Part shown: piece by piece, positions 24,217 to 36,515 of the stretch | Layout of the letters: each line of letters begins with the position of its first letter | Position numbering within the stretch: the first letter of the stretch is position 1 | Origin: Tubulanus polymorphus | Lineage: Eukaryota > Animalia > Nemertea | NCBI RefSeq assembly: GCF_964204645.1 | Contig: NC_134027.1 | Coordinates: 17,942,560-18,006,559 of the forward strand | Direction: 5' to 3' | Length of the DNA stretch: 64,000 bases | Position numbers and translations under genes: made by a program | The notes under the pieces: generated by a model | Told to the model about the DNA's origin: nothing | Seen by the model: the letters and a program-made list of their open reading frames with translations, nothing else | Databases searched by the model: none

Positions 24217-27200
24217 ATGGAAGCAAATAAGTACTACTGTCCAACATGTAATATCAATATAGATAAATCCCAAAAATCAAGACACAATAAAACTAAAACA
24301 CATTTAGAGAATAAATTGAAATTAGAATATGAAGATGATATATTAGAAACTAAATTAGATGAATTAAAGAATGAAAAATAAATATATAAATGTGATACAT
24401 GTAATCAATCATTCAGTGATAAAAGATATTATAATGAACATTTAAAATCTAAAAGTCATATTAGAAATAAGAATAATGATATTTTAGGTGAAGATTATTT
24501 TGATAAAGATAATGATAAGAAACAGAAGACCATTAAAAACATAAAAAATAAATTAAACAATAAAAGACCATACATGGAAGATGTAAGAAAATATATTAAT
24601 TCATTAGATAATAAAAAAGATATAGAGATAACCGAAGCATTTAAAAGTGATATTGGCCCAGCAGCTATCGAGTTTAAATTTCATAAAGGAAAAACATTAG
24701 AAGAAAATAAAAAACATTTAGAAAATATGAAAGAAATAATAAAAATAATAACTGATGTTGAATACCCTAAAATTAGTATATCAGTTAAAGTAAAGTTTAT
24801 AAAATCTGAAGATAAACCAATATATAATATAAATTCGCATTCACAACATATTATATATAAACAACATATAGATGATAAATTAGATAAATGTTATAATGAA
24901 GTAAAAACTAAAATAGAAGAGAAATATTTTGAAGGATCTGGTTTAATATTTGATGAAATAATATTTATGACTTTACATGTGTATAACACAAAATGTAGTA
25001 AGTTAACTAAATCAAAACCAATTGATGAAAATAATGTATCATATTATAAAGAACCAGATATTGAAGCATCGAGTTATATCAAATTACCATTTAAAACTAA
25101 TGCCGTAATAAATGTACAAAATGAAGATGATAAATGTTTTCTATGGCCTATAATTAGTTGCTTACATCCTGCAACTGATAATATTTGTAGATTAACTCAT
25201 TATAAACCATCTGAAAATAATTATAAGATAGATAAGTATCCTGTTATAATTAAAAATATCCCAAAAATAGAAAGAGATAATAATATAAAGATAAATGCAT
25301 TTTATCTAATCAAATTGCCAAATACAAAAGGTAACAATATAAAACATTATACATTAGACCCTTTATATCTAACAAAAGATTATGATTCAAATGGTGTTAT
25401 AGATACATTATATTATGAGAATCATTATATGTGGATTAAAAGAATTGATTTATTTTTTAAATCAGAAAATGATTTTGATAATAAAATATATCTATGTAGA
25501 AAATGTTTACATAAATTCAGAACTGAAAGTGCATTATTAAATCATAAACAATTATGTGAAAATCATGATTATTGTCAATTAGTTTTACCAAATGAAAAAG
25601 ATAAAATATTAGAATTCAAGAAATATGATTACAAAAATAAAGTACCATTTGTAATATATGGAGATTTTGAATCATTAATTAAGAATTAACTGATCAAGAT
25701 AGAAAAGAAATATATTATAAAAGAAAGAAATTAAATTCTAATGAAAATGATTTTTTAGATGAACCACCAATAACAAATACTATCAAAAAGATTCATCAAT
25801 CAGCTGCAGCTTTCGGGTTATATATTAAATCTGATTATCCAGAACTAATTAAAAGTGAATATTATCATTACAGAAATGAAAATGTTATCAATCATTTTTG
25901 TGACTTATTAATTGAATATGAAATAAAATTTAATGAAAAGTTAAATAAAAATATAGAAATTATAATGACAGAAGAAGATAAAGAAGCATTTGAGTTTGCA
26001 GATAAATGTTATTATTGTGAAAAGATATTTAATTATAAAGATAAAAAAGTAAGAGACCATGATCATTTGAATGGAAAGTTTAGAGGCGCTGCACATGAGA
26101 ATTGTAACTTACAATTGTAAATTAACTTTGTACCAGTTATATTTCATAATCTATCAGGATATGATGCACATTTATTCATCAAACAGTTATGCCATAAAAT
26201 AGAAGAAATCAATAATGAAATAGAAAGATTAAATTCAAATAGATCAAAAGATAAAATACCAACTTATAAATTTAGAATGTTAGCTAAAACATCTGAGAAT
26301 TATATATCATTCCAATTTGGTTGCCTAATTTATAGATTAGATTTATAGATAGATTTATAGATTCATATAGATTTTTAAATAGTTCATTGGATAACTTATC
26401 AAAATCATTAGTTGATGATGAATTAAAAATATTAAAGCAACACTACCCAAATAATGATGATTTTCAATTAATGAGATATAAAGGCGCAATTCCATATTCA
26501 TTTTATAAATCACATAATGATTTTAACATAACTGAATTATTAAAAGAACAATTCTATGATGAATAAAGAAATGAATATGTTAAAGATGAAGTATATAATA
26601 GAACATTGAATATTTGGAATCATTTTAGAATGAAAAATCATGGGCAATTAGTCGATTTATATCTAAAATCAGATGTATCATTATTAACCGATGTATTCGA
26701 AAGGTTTAGAGATGTAAACTAAAGAGGAGGAGTTTCAGGTGTATTAGGTGATAGATATTTCAATGTAAATGATAACCCTGGATATAAGTTATTATATATA
26801 GATGCAAATAATTTGTATGGTTGGGCAATGATGGAACCACAACCTTATGGAGTATTTGAATTAACTGAAGTTTCACAACATGAAAATAATGATAAATTTG
26901 ATTGGAAGAAAAGAATTCTAGATATTGCAGATGATTCAGATACTGGTTACTTCTTTGTTGTAGATTTAGAATATCCTGAACATATTAAATTTAAATCTAG
27001 AAATCTAGCTTACTGTCCCGAACATAAAACTGTAACTCATGAAGAATTATCAAATTATCAAAAAAGAATTAAACCCGAAAATCATATTCATACAGAAAAG
27101 TTAATGGTAACTCAAGAAGATAAATATAATTATGTAGTACATTATAGAATGTTAAAGTTTTATTTGAATCGAGGAATGATTCTAAAAAAAGTACATCGAT

Positions 27201-28135
27201 ATATTTCATTTAGTCAATCTAAGTGGTTAGAAAAATATATAGATTTTAACACCAAACAGAGAACTGAAGCTAAAACTGATTTTGAGAAAGATTTCTTCAA
27301 GTTAATGAATAATGCATTCTATGGTAAGACTTGTGAAAATAATAGAAATAGAAATGATATTGAGTTAGTTAGTAATGGTAAAAGAATTAGACATTTACAA
27401 TCATATCCTAAGTTCATTGTTAACAGAATATTTGATGAAAATTTAGCTGCAGTTAAGATGAGAAGAACATCAATGAAATTTAATAAACCAATCTATGTTG
27501 GCGCATCAGTTTTAGAATTATCAAAATTACTAATGTATGAATTCTATTATAATGTATAACAACCACTTTTTGGAGAAAAACATATAGAAATATTATATTG
27601 TGATACCGATTCTTACATATTAAAGATAAAAACTGATAACATAACAGATGATTTAAAAACATTAAAACATCATTTTGATTTTAGTAACTATCCTAAAGAT
27701 CATGAATTGTTTAGCAATGATAATAAAAAAGTTCCTGGTAAATTCAAAGATGAATTAGGTGGTGAAGAAATGATTGAATTCATCGGTATTAGATCTAAAA
27801 TGTATTCATATAAAACTAAAGAACATGAAGCTAAAAAGTTAAAAGGAATAACCAAAAGTGTAGTAGAAAAGAATATTCATTTCAAAGATTACATCAATTG
27901 TATATTCAATGAAGAAGTTAGAAAACATAAGATGAGATGTTTAAGATCTGAAGATCATGAAATGTTTATTGAAGAAATTGAAAAGATTAGTCTAAACCCA
28001 TTTGATGATAAAAGATATATTTTAGATGATGGAATTCATACAGTTGCTTATGGTTGTAATTTAGATGAATACTTAAAATTTAAGAGAGAAGAAACAAAAG
28101 AGAACGAGATAATGAAAAGAATTCTAACGTGTTAA
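24217..28135 (+). pseudogene. polB: Protein-primed family B DNA polymerase (pPolB), intein-free allele
   Basis: IYGDFES, RDHDH..GAAH..CN, FHNLSGYD, YIDANNLYGWAM, KLMNNAFYGKT, YCDTDS (27596-27613), KLKG; stops, frameshifts and a ~140-bp deletion near 26720. Confidence 0.95.
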
Positions 28136-28164
28136 TCAAATTTTAATAAAAATATGTATTATAA

Positions 28165-28518
28165 ATGGAGAGTAAACAAGCGCACAGTGAGAACAACAAA
28201 TCATTTCTAGATAGAATAAAAGATACTTCAAATGTCAAATCAGTAGATTATAAATTTAAGAAGTTAAAAGAATTAATAATCCATAAGAAATATCTAATTA
28301 CAAATATTGATACAGTTACTAACAAATATGGAGATAAATTAGTTATACACTTAGAATATGAAGGATTAAAAGGAAATACAAATAAATTCAGAACATATTT
28401 ACCAGATAGATTTCATAGATTATCAAGTGAAGATCTAGAAGAATTATGTTCTGGAGATTTCTATTTCGTATACAAAGGTAAGAATGAAAAAGGGCACCAT
28501 GAAATAGATTTCGAATAA
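28165..28518 (+). CDS. Polinton hypothetical protein (KYG..FLP..YxGKNExGHH family)
   Basis: Intact 117 aa with TAAATG start; homologous to 54065-54390 (minus). Confidence 0.7.
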   Translation: MESKQAHSENNKSFLDRIKDTSNVKSVDYKFKKLKELIIHKKYLITNIDTVTNKYGDKLVIHLEYEGLKGNTNKFRTYLPDRFHRLSSEDLEELCSGDFYFVYKGKNEKGHHEIDFE

Positions 28519-28535
28519 GAAAATATGTAAAATAA

Positions 28536-29294
28536 ATGGTAGAATTAAAAGAATACAGAATATTTGTTGATTCTAGAAAACTTACAAATTATAAATCACA
28601 TAATTTACTAGTTCAATTAGATAGAGAATTTAAGAATTGTGTTGATTTAAAATTAGTTAATATAAGTTTATGTAATTCTTTTCATAATATATCGAATAAA
28701 AGTCTTGATCATTTAGCTTTTAAAATTCATGTTAGAAATTTGAATAAATGGTTTCATCTTTATCTAAAATCAGGATTATATAATTTAGAAACATTGGCGC
28801 AAGAAATTAATAGAAGAGCTCGTTTAAAAATGGGTGCAGCTGCTAGATTTGAAATTAAATTTATCAAAAGTGATAGTTCGAATAAAATAAGAATAAAGTT
28901 AACTAATGAACAACATAGATTTCTAGTAAGAAAACCTTTAGCTAAACTGTTTGGAATTCTCCCGGATAGAGATTATTCAAGTATCGAAAGTTATACAAAT
29001 TTAATGACTTTTACACATTTTTATATTTATTGCAATTCAATCAATCCTACAAAAACATTTGAAGCAACTAAAGATACAATTTGTAATTCTAGTATATTAA
29101 ATATTTTACCATTAAAAAATGTCAAGCAATTTGGAACTCAAATAAATTATAATTCAACTGAATGTGATTTTAAACCTTGTATTCCACATTTCAATAATTT
29201 TAAATTAGAAATAAGAAATCATAATAATGGTTATTTAATTGATTTGAATAACTTTCCTGTGATATATGAATTAGTTATAAGATGTAGAGAGTAA
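28536..29294 (+). CDS. Minor capsid protein (penton), putative
   Basis: 252 aa; FVDSR, NSF.NI, GLYN, LAKLFG, YIYCN, LIDLNNFPVIYEL pattern typical of Polinton single jelly-roll proteins. Confidence 0.7.
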   Translation: MVELKEYRIFVDSRKLTNYKSHNLLVQLDREFKNCVDLKLVNISLCNSFHNISNKSLDHLAFKIHVRNLNKWFHLYLKSGLYNLETLAQEINRRARLKMGAAARFEIKFIKSDSSNKIRIKLTNEQHRFLVRKPLAKLFGILPDRDYSSIESYTNLMTFTHFYIYCNSINPTKTFEATKDTICNSSILNILPLKNVKQFGTQINYNSTECDFKPCIPHFNNFKLEIRNHNNGYLIDLNNFPVIYELVIRCRE

Positions 29295-29310
29295 TTTTTT
29301 CATTATATAA

Positions 29311-29660
29311 ATGAATATAACTGTTGGACCGAGTATATGTTTTGGGTTTGATTTTAAACATGAGAAAGAAATGAAATTTAACATTAATGATGTAATTACA
29401 CATATTAGAAATATTGCATTTTCTAATGAAACAACATTTGAGTATGAAACAACAATAGATAAAGAAACTTTAAATGTAGAAAAGATTACTAATGTCATTA
29501 GAGAATCTTTAAGATTTTATGAATTAGATGAAGATTTTATCATCGATGATATTAAAAAAATAATAATTGAAATACAAATGAAACTAGTAATGAAATAAAT
29601 GTTGAACTAATCATCACTAAGATAACGAAATATTTTGAAGATGGTAATTTTTTTGATAAA
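29311..29660 (+). pseudogene. Polinton hypothetical protein
   Basis: Homologous to 46907-47236; frameshift near 29570. Confidence 0.6.
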
Positions 29661-29663
29661 TAA

Positions 29664-29885
29664 ATGAGTGATAATAAGTGGATAATAACTGGATTATCTA
29701 ATGGAGCATTACTATCAGTTGGAACTGTTGGTTATTCAATGGTATTAAAAAAAGTATTTAAAATGGGAAGTGTTAATGTTGATAGATTTGATATAAATGA
29801 TATTTTAAAATTAACATTAGCAGTTACTTTATCTAATTTAACTATTGATTATTTGGAAAAACAAAAATATATTCCTCCCATATAA
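29664..29885 (+). CDS. Small hydrophobic Polinton protein
   Basis: 73 aa, TAAATG start; homologue at 47240. Confidence 0.7.
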   Translation: MSDNKWIITGLSNGALLSVGTVGYSMVLKKVFKMGSVNVDRFDINDILKLTLAVTLSNLTIDYLEKQKYIPPI

Positions 29886-29909
29886 ATGCGTAATTATTTT
29901 ACTAAATAA

Positions 29910-30332
29910 ATGGCTTCTGCTATTATAACTATTATAGGATCGGCAATTGTTAACGCTTTAGCATTTACTGGTGGTGGTTATTTATTTAAGCATATTGATA
30001 AAAATAGTTCATTAGGAGAACAAAGAAGACATAACTTAGCATTAGAGAAATACAATAAAGCAGCAGAAGAATACAGAGAAAAACGACAAAACTATATGGA
30101 TTATATTAACAAGGAATTATATGATCAGAAGATTTCACGTAGAGATTTTCAATCAGTTGATGATGGAATGAGTTTATATAACGCGGTAACCAATAAAGAA
30201 AAATTACATCTACATAAACCTACAATATCAGATTATTATACCCCAAGTAATAAACAGAAGAAATATGAAATAATATGGATTTTAGGCGGAACTGTTATTG
30301 TTATATTTGTTGCTTATAAGTTTACTAATTAG
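29910..30332 (+). CDS. Polinton membrane protein (NALAFTGG..RHNLALE)
   Basis: N- and C-terminal hydrophobic segments; conserved at 47464. Confidence 0.75.
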   Translation: MASAIITIIGSAIVNALAFTGGGYLFKHIDKNSSLGEQRRHNLALEKYNKAAEEYREKRQNYMDYINKELYDQKISRRDFQSVDDGMSLYNAVTNKEKLHLHKPTISDYYTPSNKQKKYEIIWILGGTVIVIFVAYKFTN

Positions 30333-30352
30333 TAATTTTTTTTGCTAAATAA

Positions 30353-30778
30353 ATGGATGATAATATTGATATTATTCCTCATGATATAAATAAAACTAAA
30401 TTAAAAATATATTTAAAAAAACAAATATTAGATTTTGAAAATGATTTAAAAGTTAAAAAGAAAACATATTTAAAAAGAAAAATTATATATTATTTTATTA
30501 TCAGTGGTTCGGTTACAATTAGTTCTGTAATAACATTTCTAGCAATATTCAGTCCATTAACACCTTTAGCTATATCAATTGGCGTGTTAGGTTTAAGTTC
30601 AAGTGTTTTAACTGGTATAAGTTCAAAATTAAATATAAAAAGTAATAAAGAAAAAATTAAAACTAATATAAAAGAAATTAATAAATTGAAAAATACACTA
30701 GATTATATAATTAGTTTAAATGGTCATATAACAGTTGAAGAACAAGATAAATTATTAAAAGAATTAGTTAATTATTAA
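30353..30778 (+). CDS. Polinton two-TM coiled-coil protein
   Basis: Central hydrophobic hairpin; conserved at 47901. Confidence 0.75.
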   Translation: MDDNIDIIPHDINKTKLKIYLKKQILDFENDLKVKKKTYLKRKIIYYFIISGSVTISSVITFLAIFSPLTPLAISIGVLGLSSSVLTGISSKLNIKSNKEKIKTNIKEINKLKNTLDYIISLNGHITVEEQDKLLKELVNY

Positions 30779-30801
30779 TTTTTTAATTAATTTTTTAATA
30801 A

Positions 30802-32190
30802 ATGGTAGAAAGTTTTCCAAAAGCTTTCCAATATAATAAATCAATTAAATATAATATTCCAGCAATAGATTTTAATAAAGATATTACATATAGAAATGAA
30901 GTTTTAGATTCATTAACTAATTTAGAAATTTATGTTACTGAAACTAATAATTTTAATGCAAAGATGGAAAATATATTTCATGTATATTTAATTAATTTTA
31001 AAAAATTGAAAGATGAAAAACAATGGTTATTAAAATCTAATATGAAGTATTGGCAGAACCAATTAAATTTTGCTGTTTATTGTGCAACAACAGGTTGTGG
31101 AATTAGTTGGAATGATCATTTGAATAATTCTAAATATAAATTAATTCAAAGTTTATTTAGATTTCATACATACTTTCAAATCAGAATAATATTAAATGAA
31201 TTAGAGTGTGCTTTACCAGGATCTAGATATTTTAAAGAATTAGATAATAACATCAATTTATCAAAGTTTTATAAAATTTGCAATGAATTTAATATAGGTA
31301 TAAATAATTCTGATTTTAGAACAAAAATTGGAACAATAAGATCACTTCCTTGCCCTAAAAAGATTGCAGAATATTGTGCACTTCCCATACCATCTAATAG
31401 TTTTTATAATATCTATGATAATAAATTAGGTTATGGTAAAATAGAAACAAAGGATTTAGAAATATTAAATTTCAATAAATTACCGACATTTTATGATCAT
31501 TTAAAACAAGAAAACAATAATGGTTGGGTTTATTTTATTTTAGAAAATAGTGAAGGTTTTACTTAATCAGGTATAGAAAGAATAAATCAATCTATTAGAA
31601 CTAATTTGATATGTATTTTAGGTGCACAAGTTGAAACAAGATCCCCAATAATTGGAAATTTAAATACATCATTTGATACACAGAAACAATTCAAAGTATT
31701 ATTTGAAGATTCCATTCATAATGATAAAAATAGATCGATTCCAGAAAACATTGTAAGATATCAAAATTATTTAGATAAATCACATATTAGATTAAATTAT
31801 TGTATAGGCCCTAATCTATTTATTATTTCTAATGATTTAGTATTAAAGATGGGAAACATAATTGGTTATAATAATCTAATTAAAACTGCAACAATAAATA
31901 ATTCATTAGGATTAAATGATATAAATAAAAAGATTATTACTGCTCCAAAATTAATGGAAGGTGAAAAAAATAAAAAACATATTCAATCAACAGAAACTAA
32001 AACTAATAATATTAAATTAAATAATGATTCTAAAATAAAAGATTACAATACAACAGAAAATATTAGAACTGATAATATTCAACATGAAATAATTAAACTA
32101 AATGATGATAATAAATCCCATGAAAATACTAAATTAGCTTTAACTTGTATAGGAATTGTAATCGGAGGAATATTATATTTTAAATTTTAA
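30802..32190 (+). pseudogene. Conserved Polinton protein (WQNQLNFAVYCATTGCG) with C-terminal TM
   Basis: Two in-frame ORFs split by a TAA at 31564 (AAA in copy 2). Confidence 0.75.
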
Positions 32191-32319
32191 TTTTTTATTA
32201 TGTAAATGGCAGAAGGTGGAGAACATTTTCCATTGGAAAACATGGGAAATAATAATGAAGGATATATTGATGATGAACCGCAACCTAATTTGAAATATAG
32301 CTGCAAAGCAGCGATAACG

Positions 32320-32600
32320 GGTTTTCTGCACATTCTTAGAATCCTGTTCAACGGTGGATTTCAACAAAGCATTTGATAAGGCTCAACATCAGCCATTACT
32401 AAACAGGCTATTAGGAAACAGTATCAATGATAGGTCGCCCAAATGGCTCAGCAGTTATCTCTGAACGGAAACTTGTAACCGAAATAAACGGAACGCCTCA
32501 TCTTGGAATGAGACGGTCTAACTAGTGGAGTCACGCAAAGTAGTATCCTAAGTCGTCTTCTGTTTAATGTCCTGACAAATGACATACACAGTTATCCAAA
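32320..32600 (+). pseudogene. LINE reverse-transcriptase fragment
   Basis: VDFNKAFDK and SGVTQSSILSRLLFN (degenerate GVPQGSILGPLLF). Confidence 0.7.
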
Positions 32601-32664
32601 ATATACCAGACCGAGTAAATTTCCAACACGACCTTAACACACTGTTCGACCAAAAAACTTAATG

Positions 32665-35600
32665 TTCCGACAAAACCACGGGGACAAAACCAAAATTATG
32701 AATTGTCGCGGGTGACAAAACAGAAATATTGAATTGTCACGGGCGACAAAACCAAAATAATGAATTGTCGCGGGCGATAAAACCACAATAATGAATTGTC
32801 GCGGGCGATAAAACCAAAATAATGAATTGTCGCAGACGGAAAAAACAAAATATTGAATTGTTGCGTGCGACAAAACCAAAATAATGAATTGTCGCGGGCG
32901 ACAAAACCAAACTAGGGGTCCAGGGACACCATGCTCACTTGGGAAGTGGTTTCAAATGCTCAACAATCTAACAATTTCAATACATAACGCCCTCTAGTGA
33001 CCATATACAAAAACCGATGACCTTGAAACCCACCACAATCATAGAACATGTGAGCAGCTATGATTTTGTAATTGATTGTGATAACAAAATATGCCTCGTT
33101 ACCAATTTAATATGGAAATACTAAGTTATTCTACTATTCAACGCCCCCTGGTGACCATATGCAAAACCCAGTGACCTTAAAACTCACCACAATCGTAGTA
33201 CATGTCATGAAATACAATTTTGCAATTGATCATAGTAACAAAATATGCCTAGGTACCAATCTAATAAGGAAATACTAAGCCATTCTACTATTCAGCGCCC
33301 CCTGGTGACTATTTGGAATAACTAATGTCCTTAAAAACTCACCACAATCATAGACGATGTCATGAACTACAACTTTGCAATGGATCATGGTAACAAACTA
33401 TGCCTAGGTACCAATCTAATAAGGAAAAACTAAGCTTTTCTACTATTCAACGCCCCCTGGTGACTATATGGAATAACTTATGTCCTTAAAAACTCACCAC
33501 AATCATAGACGATATCATGAACTACAAATTTGCAATTGATCATGGTTACAAAATATGCCTTGGTACAAATATAATATAGCGATACTAAGTTATTGTATTA
33601 TTCAACGCCCCCTGATGGCCACATACAAAAACCAATGACCTTGAAACTCACCAAAATCATAGAACACGTTATGGGCTACAACTTTCCAATTGAATATAGT
33701 AACACAATATGCTTAGGTATCAATTTAATGTGGAAAAACTTTTTCCCACCTACGAATGAGTACTGTTGACACCAAGATGGCCGCCAATTCCATCATAATT
33801 GGCTGATCAAAATACCTGTCCCAGGTATAAAACATCCCTCTCTAAAGAATACCCATCAGCAATTGCAATGAGAAATGGCAAACCAGTAGGAAGCTACAGG
33901 ACCTAGAGTTCTGGCCAAAATTGACATTTTTGGGCACTAAAAAGGTCATAGGACGGCCATCTTGAGTCAGATCGACCCAATTTTCTTATGCTGATGGGCC
34001 TTTGGTAGATTCAAATATAAACGAAAGATCAAGGTAATTGATCAAAGCGTCTTCAAAATTTCCCACGAAAACGTCGAAAATGTTTAAAAAGTGCTGATTT
34101 TGGCAAACAACAATGGCTGCCAGTCGACCATCTTGAATCTGACAGGGCCAGTTTTTGGGCTGACGATGTGTCTAGGGTAGATACATGTATAAACCAAATA
34201 TCAAGACATTACCTTGAAGCGTCTTCAAAACTTCCCGAAATAACTGGATTCCGTCTATGGACGGACGGACGGACGGACGAAAAGTGAACGCAATAGCCCG
34301 CTGGGACTAAAGTCCCAAGTGGACTGAAAAAGAATTGTCGCGGGCGACAAAACCAAACTAATGAATTGTCGCGCGTGATAAAACCAAAATATTGAATTGT
34401 CACGGGCGACAAAACCAAACTAATGAATTGTCGGGGGCGATAAAACCAAACTATGAATTGTCACGGGCGATAAAACAAAAATATTGAATTGTCGCGGGTG
34501 ATAAAACCAAAATATTGAATTGTCGCGGGCAACAAAACCAAACTAATGAATTGTCGCGGGCGATAAAACCAAACTATGAATTGTCGCGGGCGATAAAACA
34601 AAAATATTGAATTGTCACGTGCGACAAAACAAAAATAATGAATTGTCGCGGGCGACAAAACCAAAATAATGAATTGTTGCGGGCGATAAAACCAAAATAA
34701 TGAATTGTCTCGTGCGACAAAACCAAAATAATGAATTATCGCGGGCGATTAAACCAAAATAATGAATTATCGCGGGCAACAAAACCAAAATATTGAATTG
34801 TCGCGGGCAACAAAACCAAAAAAAAATTGTCGCGGACGACAAAAACAAAATATAAAACCAAAATGGTGAATTGTCGCGGGCGACAAAACCAAAATAATGA
34901 ATTGTCGCGGGCTATAAAACCGTAATAATGAATTGTCGCGGGCGATAAAACCATAATAATGAATTGTCTCGGGCGAAAAAACCAAAATAATGAATTATCG
35001 CGGGCGATTAAACCAAAATATTGAATTGTCGCAGGCGATAGAACCAAAATATTGAATTGTCGCGGGCGACAAAACCAAAAAAAACAAATTGTCGCGGGCG
35101 ACAAAAACAAAATATAAAACCAAAATAATGAATTGTCGCGGGCGACAAAACTAAAAAGAAGGATTGTCGCGGGCGACAAAACCAAAATAATGAATTGTCG
35201 CTGGCGATAATACCAAAGTAATGAATTGTCGTGGGCGATAAAACCAAACTAATGAATTGTCGCGGGTGATAAAACCAAAATATTGAATTGTCACGGGCGA
35301 CAAAACCAAACTAATGAATTGTCGGGGGCGTTAAAACCAAACTATGAATTGTCTCGGGCGATTAAACAAAAATATTGAATTGTCGCGGGTGATAAAACCA
35401 AAATATTGATTTGTCGTGGGCGACAAAACCAAACTAATGAATTGTCGCGGGAGATAAAACCAAACTATGAATTGTCGCGGGCGATAAAACAAAAATATTG
35501 AATTGTCGCGGGCGATAAAACCAAAATAATGAATTGTCTCGGGCGACAAAAACAAAATATTGAATTGTCACGTGCGACAAAACCAAAATAATGAATTGTC

Positions 35601-36515
35601 GCGGGCGACAAAACCAAAATAATGAATTGTTGCGGGCGATAAAACCAAAATAATGAATTGTCTCGTGCAACAAAACCAAAATAATATATTATCGCGGGCG
35701 ATTAAACCAAAATAATGAATTATCGTGGGCGACAAAACCAAAATATTGAATTGTCGCGGGCAACAAAACAGAAAAAACAAAATTGTCGCGGACGACAAAA
35801 ACAAAATATAAAACCAAAATAATGAATTGTCTCGGGCGACAAAACCAAAATATTGAACTGTCGCGGGCGACAAAACCAAAATAATGAATTGTTGCTGGAG
35901 ATAAAACCAAAGTAACGAATTGCCGCGGGCGACAAAACCAAAATATTGAATTGTCGCGGGCGACAAAACCAAACTAATGAATTGTCGCGGGCGACAAAAC
36001 CAAAAAAAGAATTGTCGGGGCGACAAAACCAAAATAATGAATTGTCGCGGGCGATAAAACCAAAATAATGAATTGTCGCAGGCGATAAAACCAAAATAAT
36101 GAATTGTCGCGGGCGACAAAACCAAAATGGTGAATTGTCGCGGGCGACAAAACCAAAATGGTGAATTGTCGCGGGCGACAAAACCAAAATAATGAATTTT
36201 CTCGGGTGACAAAACCAAAATAATGAATTATCGCGGGCGATAAAACCAAAATATTGAATTGTCGCAGGCGATGAAACCAAAATATTGAATTGTCGCGGGC
36301 GACAAAACCAAAATATAAAACCAAAATAATGAATTGTTGCGGGCGACAAAACTAAAGAGAAGGATTGTCGCGGGCGACAAAACCAAAATAATGAATTGTC
36401 GCTGGCGATTAAACCAAAGTAATGAATTGTCGTGGGCGATAAAACCAAAATATTGAATTTTTCACGGGCGACAAAACCAAATTATTGAATTGTCGCGGGC
36501 GACAAAATCAAAATC
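32665..36515. repeat. 31-bp satellite (AAACCAAAATAATGAATTGTCGCGGGCGACA)n, interrupted at 32911-34328
   Basis: Dozens of contiguous units; each has a TTGTCGC-GG-GCGACAA palindrome; no spacers. Confidence 0.97.
32911..34328 (-). mobile_element. Helentron-associated (HINE-like) element with ~157-bp internal tandem repeats
   Basis: About five repeats containing CAACGCCCCCTGGTGAC..ACTCACCACAATC (32985-33730); (GGAC)n; terminal GGGACT/AGTCCC hairpin; satellite resumes on both sides. Confidence 0.6.

Larger units (their letters stand above)
23880..32290 (+). mobile_element. Polinton/Maverick copy 1, truncated
   Basis: Abrupt shift to very high AT; pPolB, penton and a conserved gene block colinear with copy 2; no TIR/TSD seen. 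Confidence 0.9.

Noticed and set aside
32665-36515. CRISPR-like array of palindromic 31-bp repeats
   Set aside because: Units are contiguous with no unique spacers, there are no cas genes, and the context is eukaryotic
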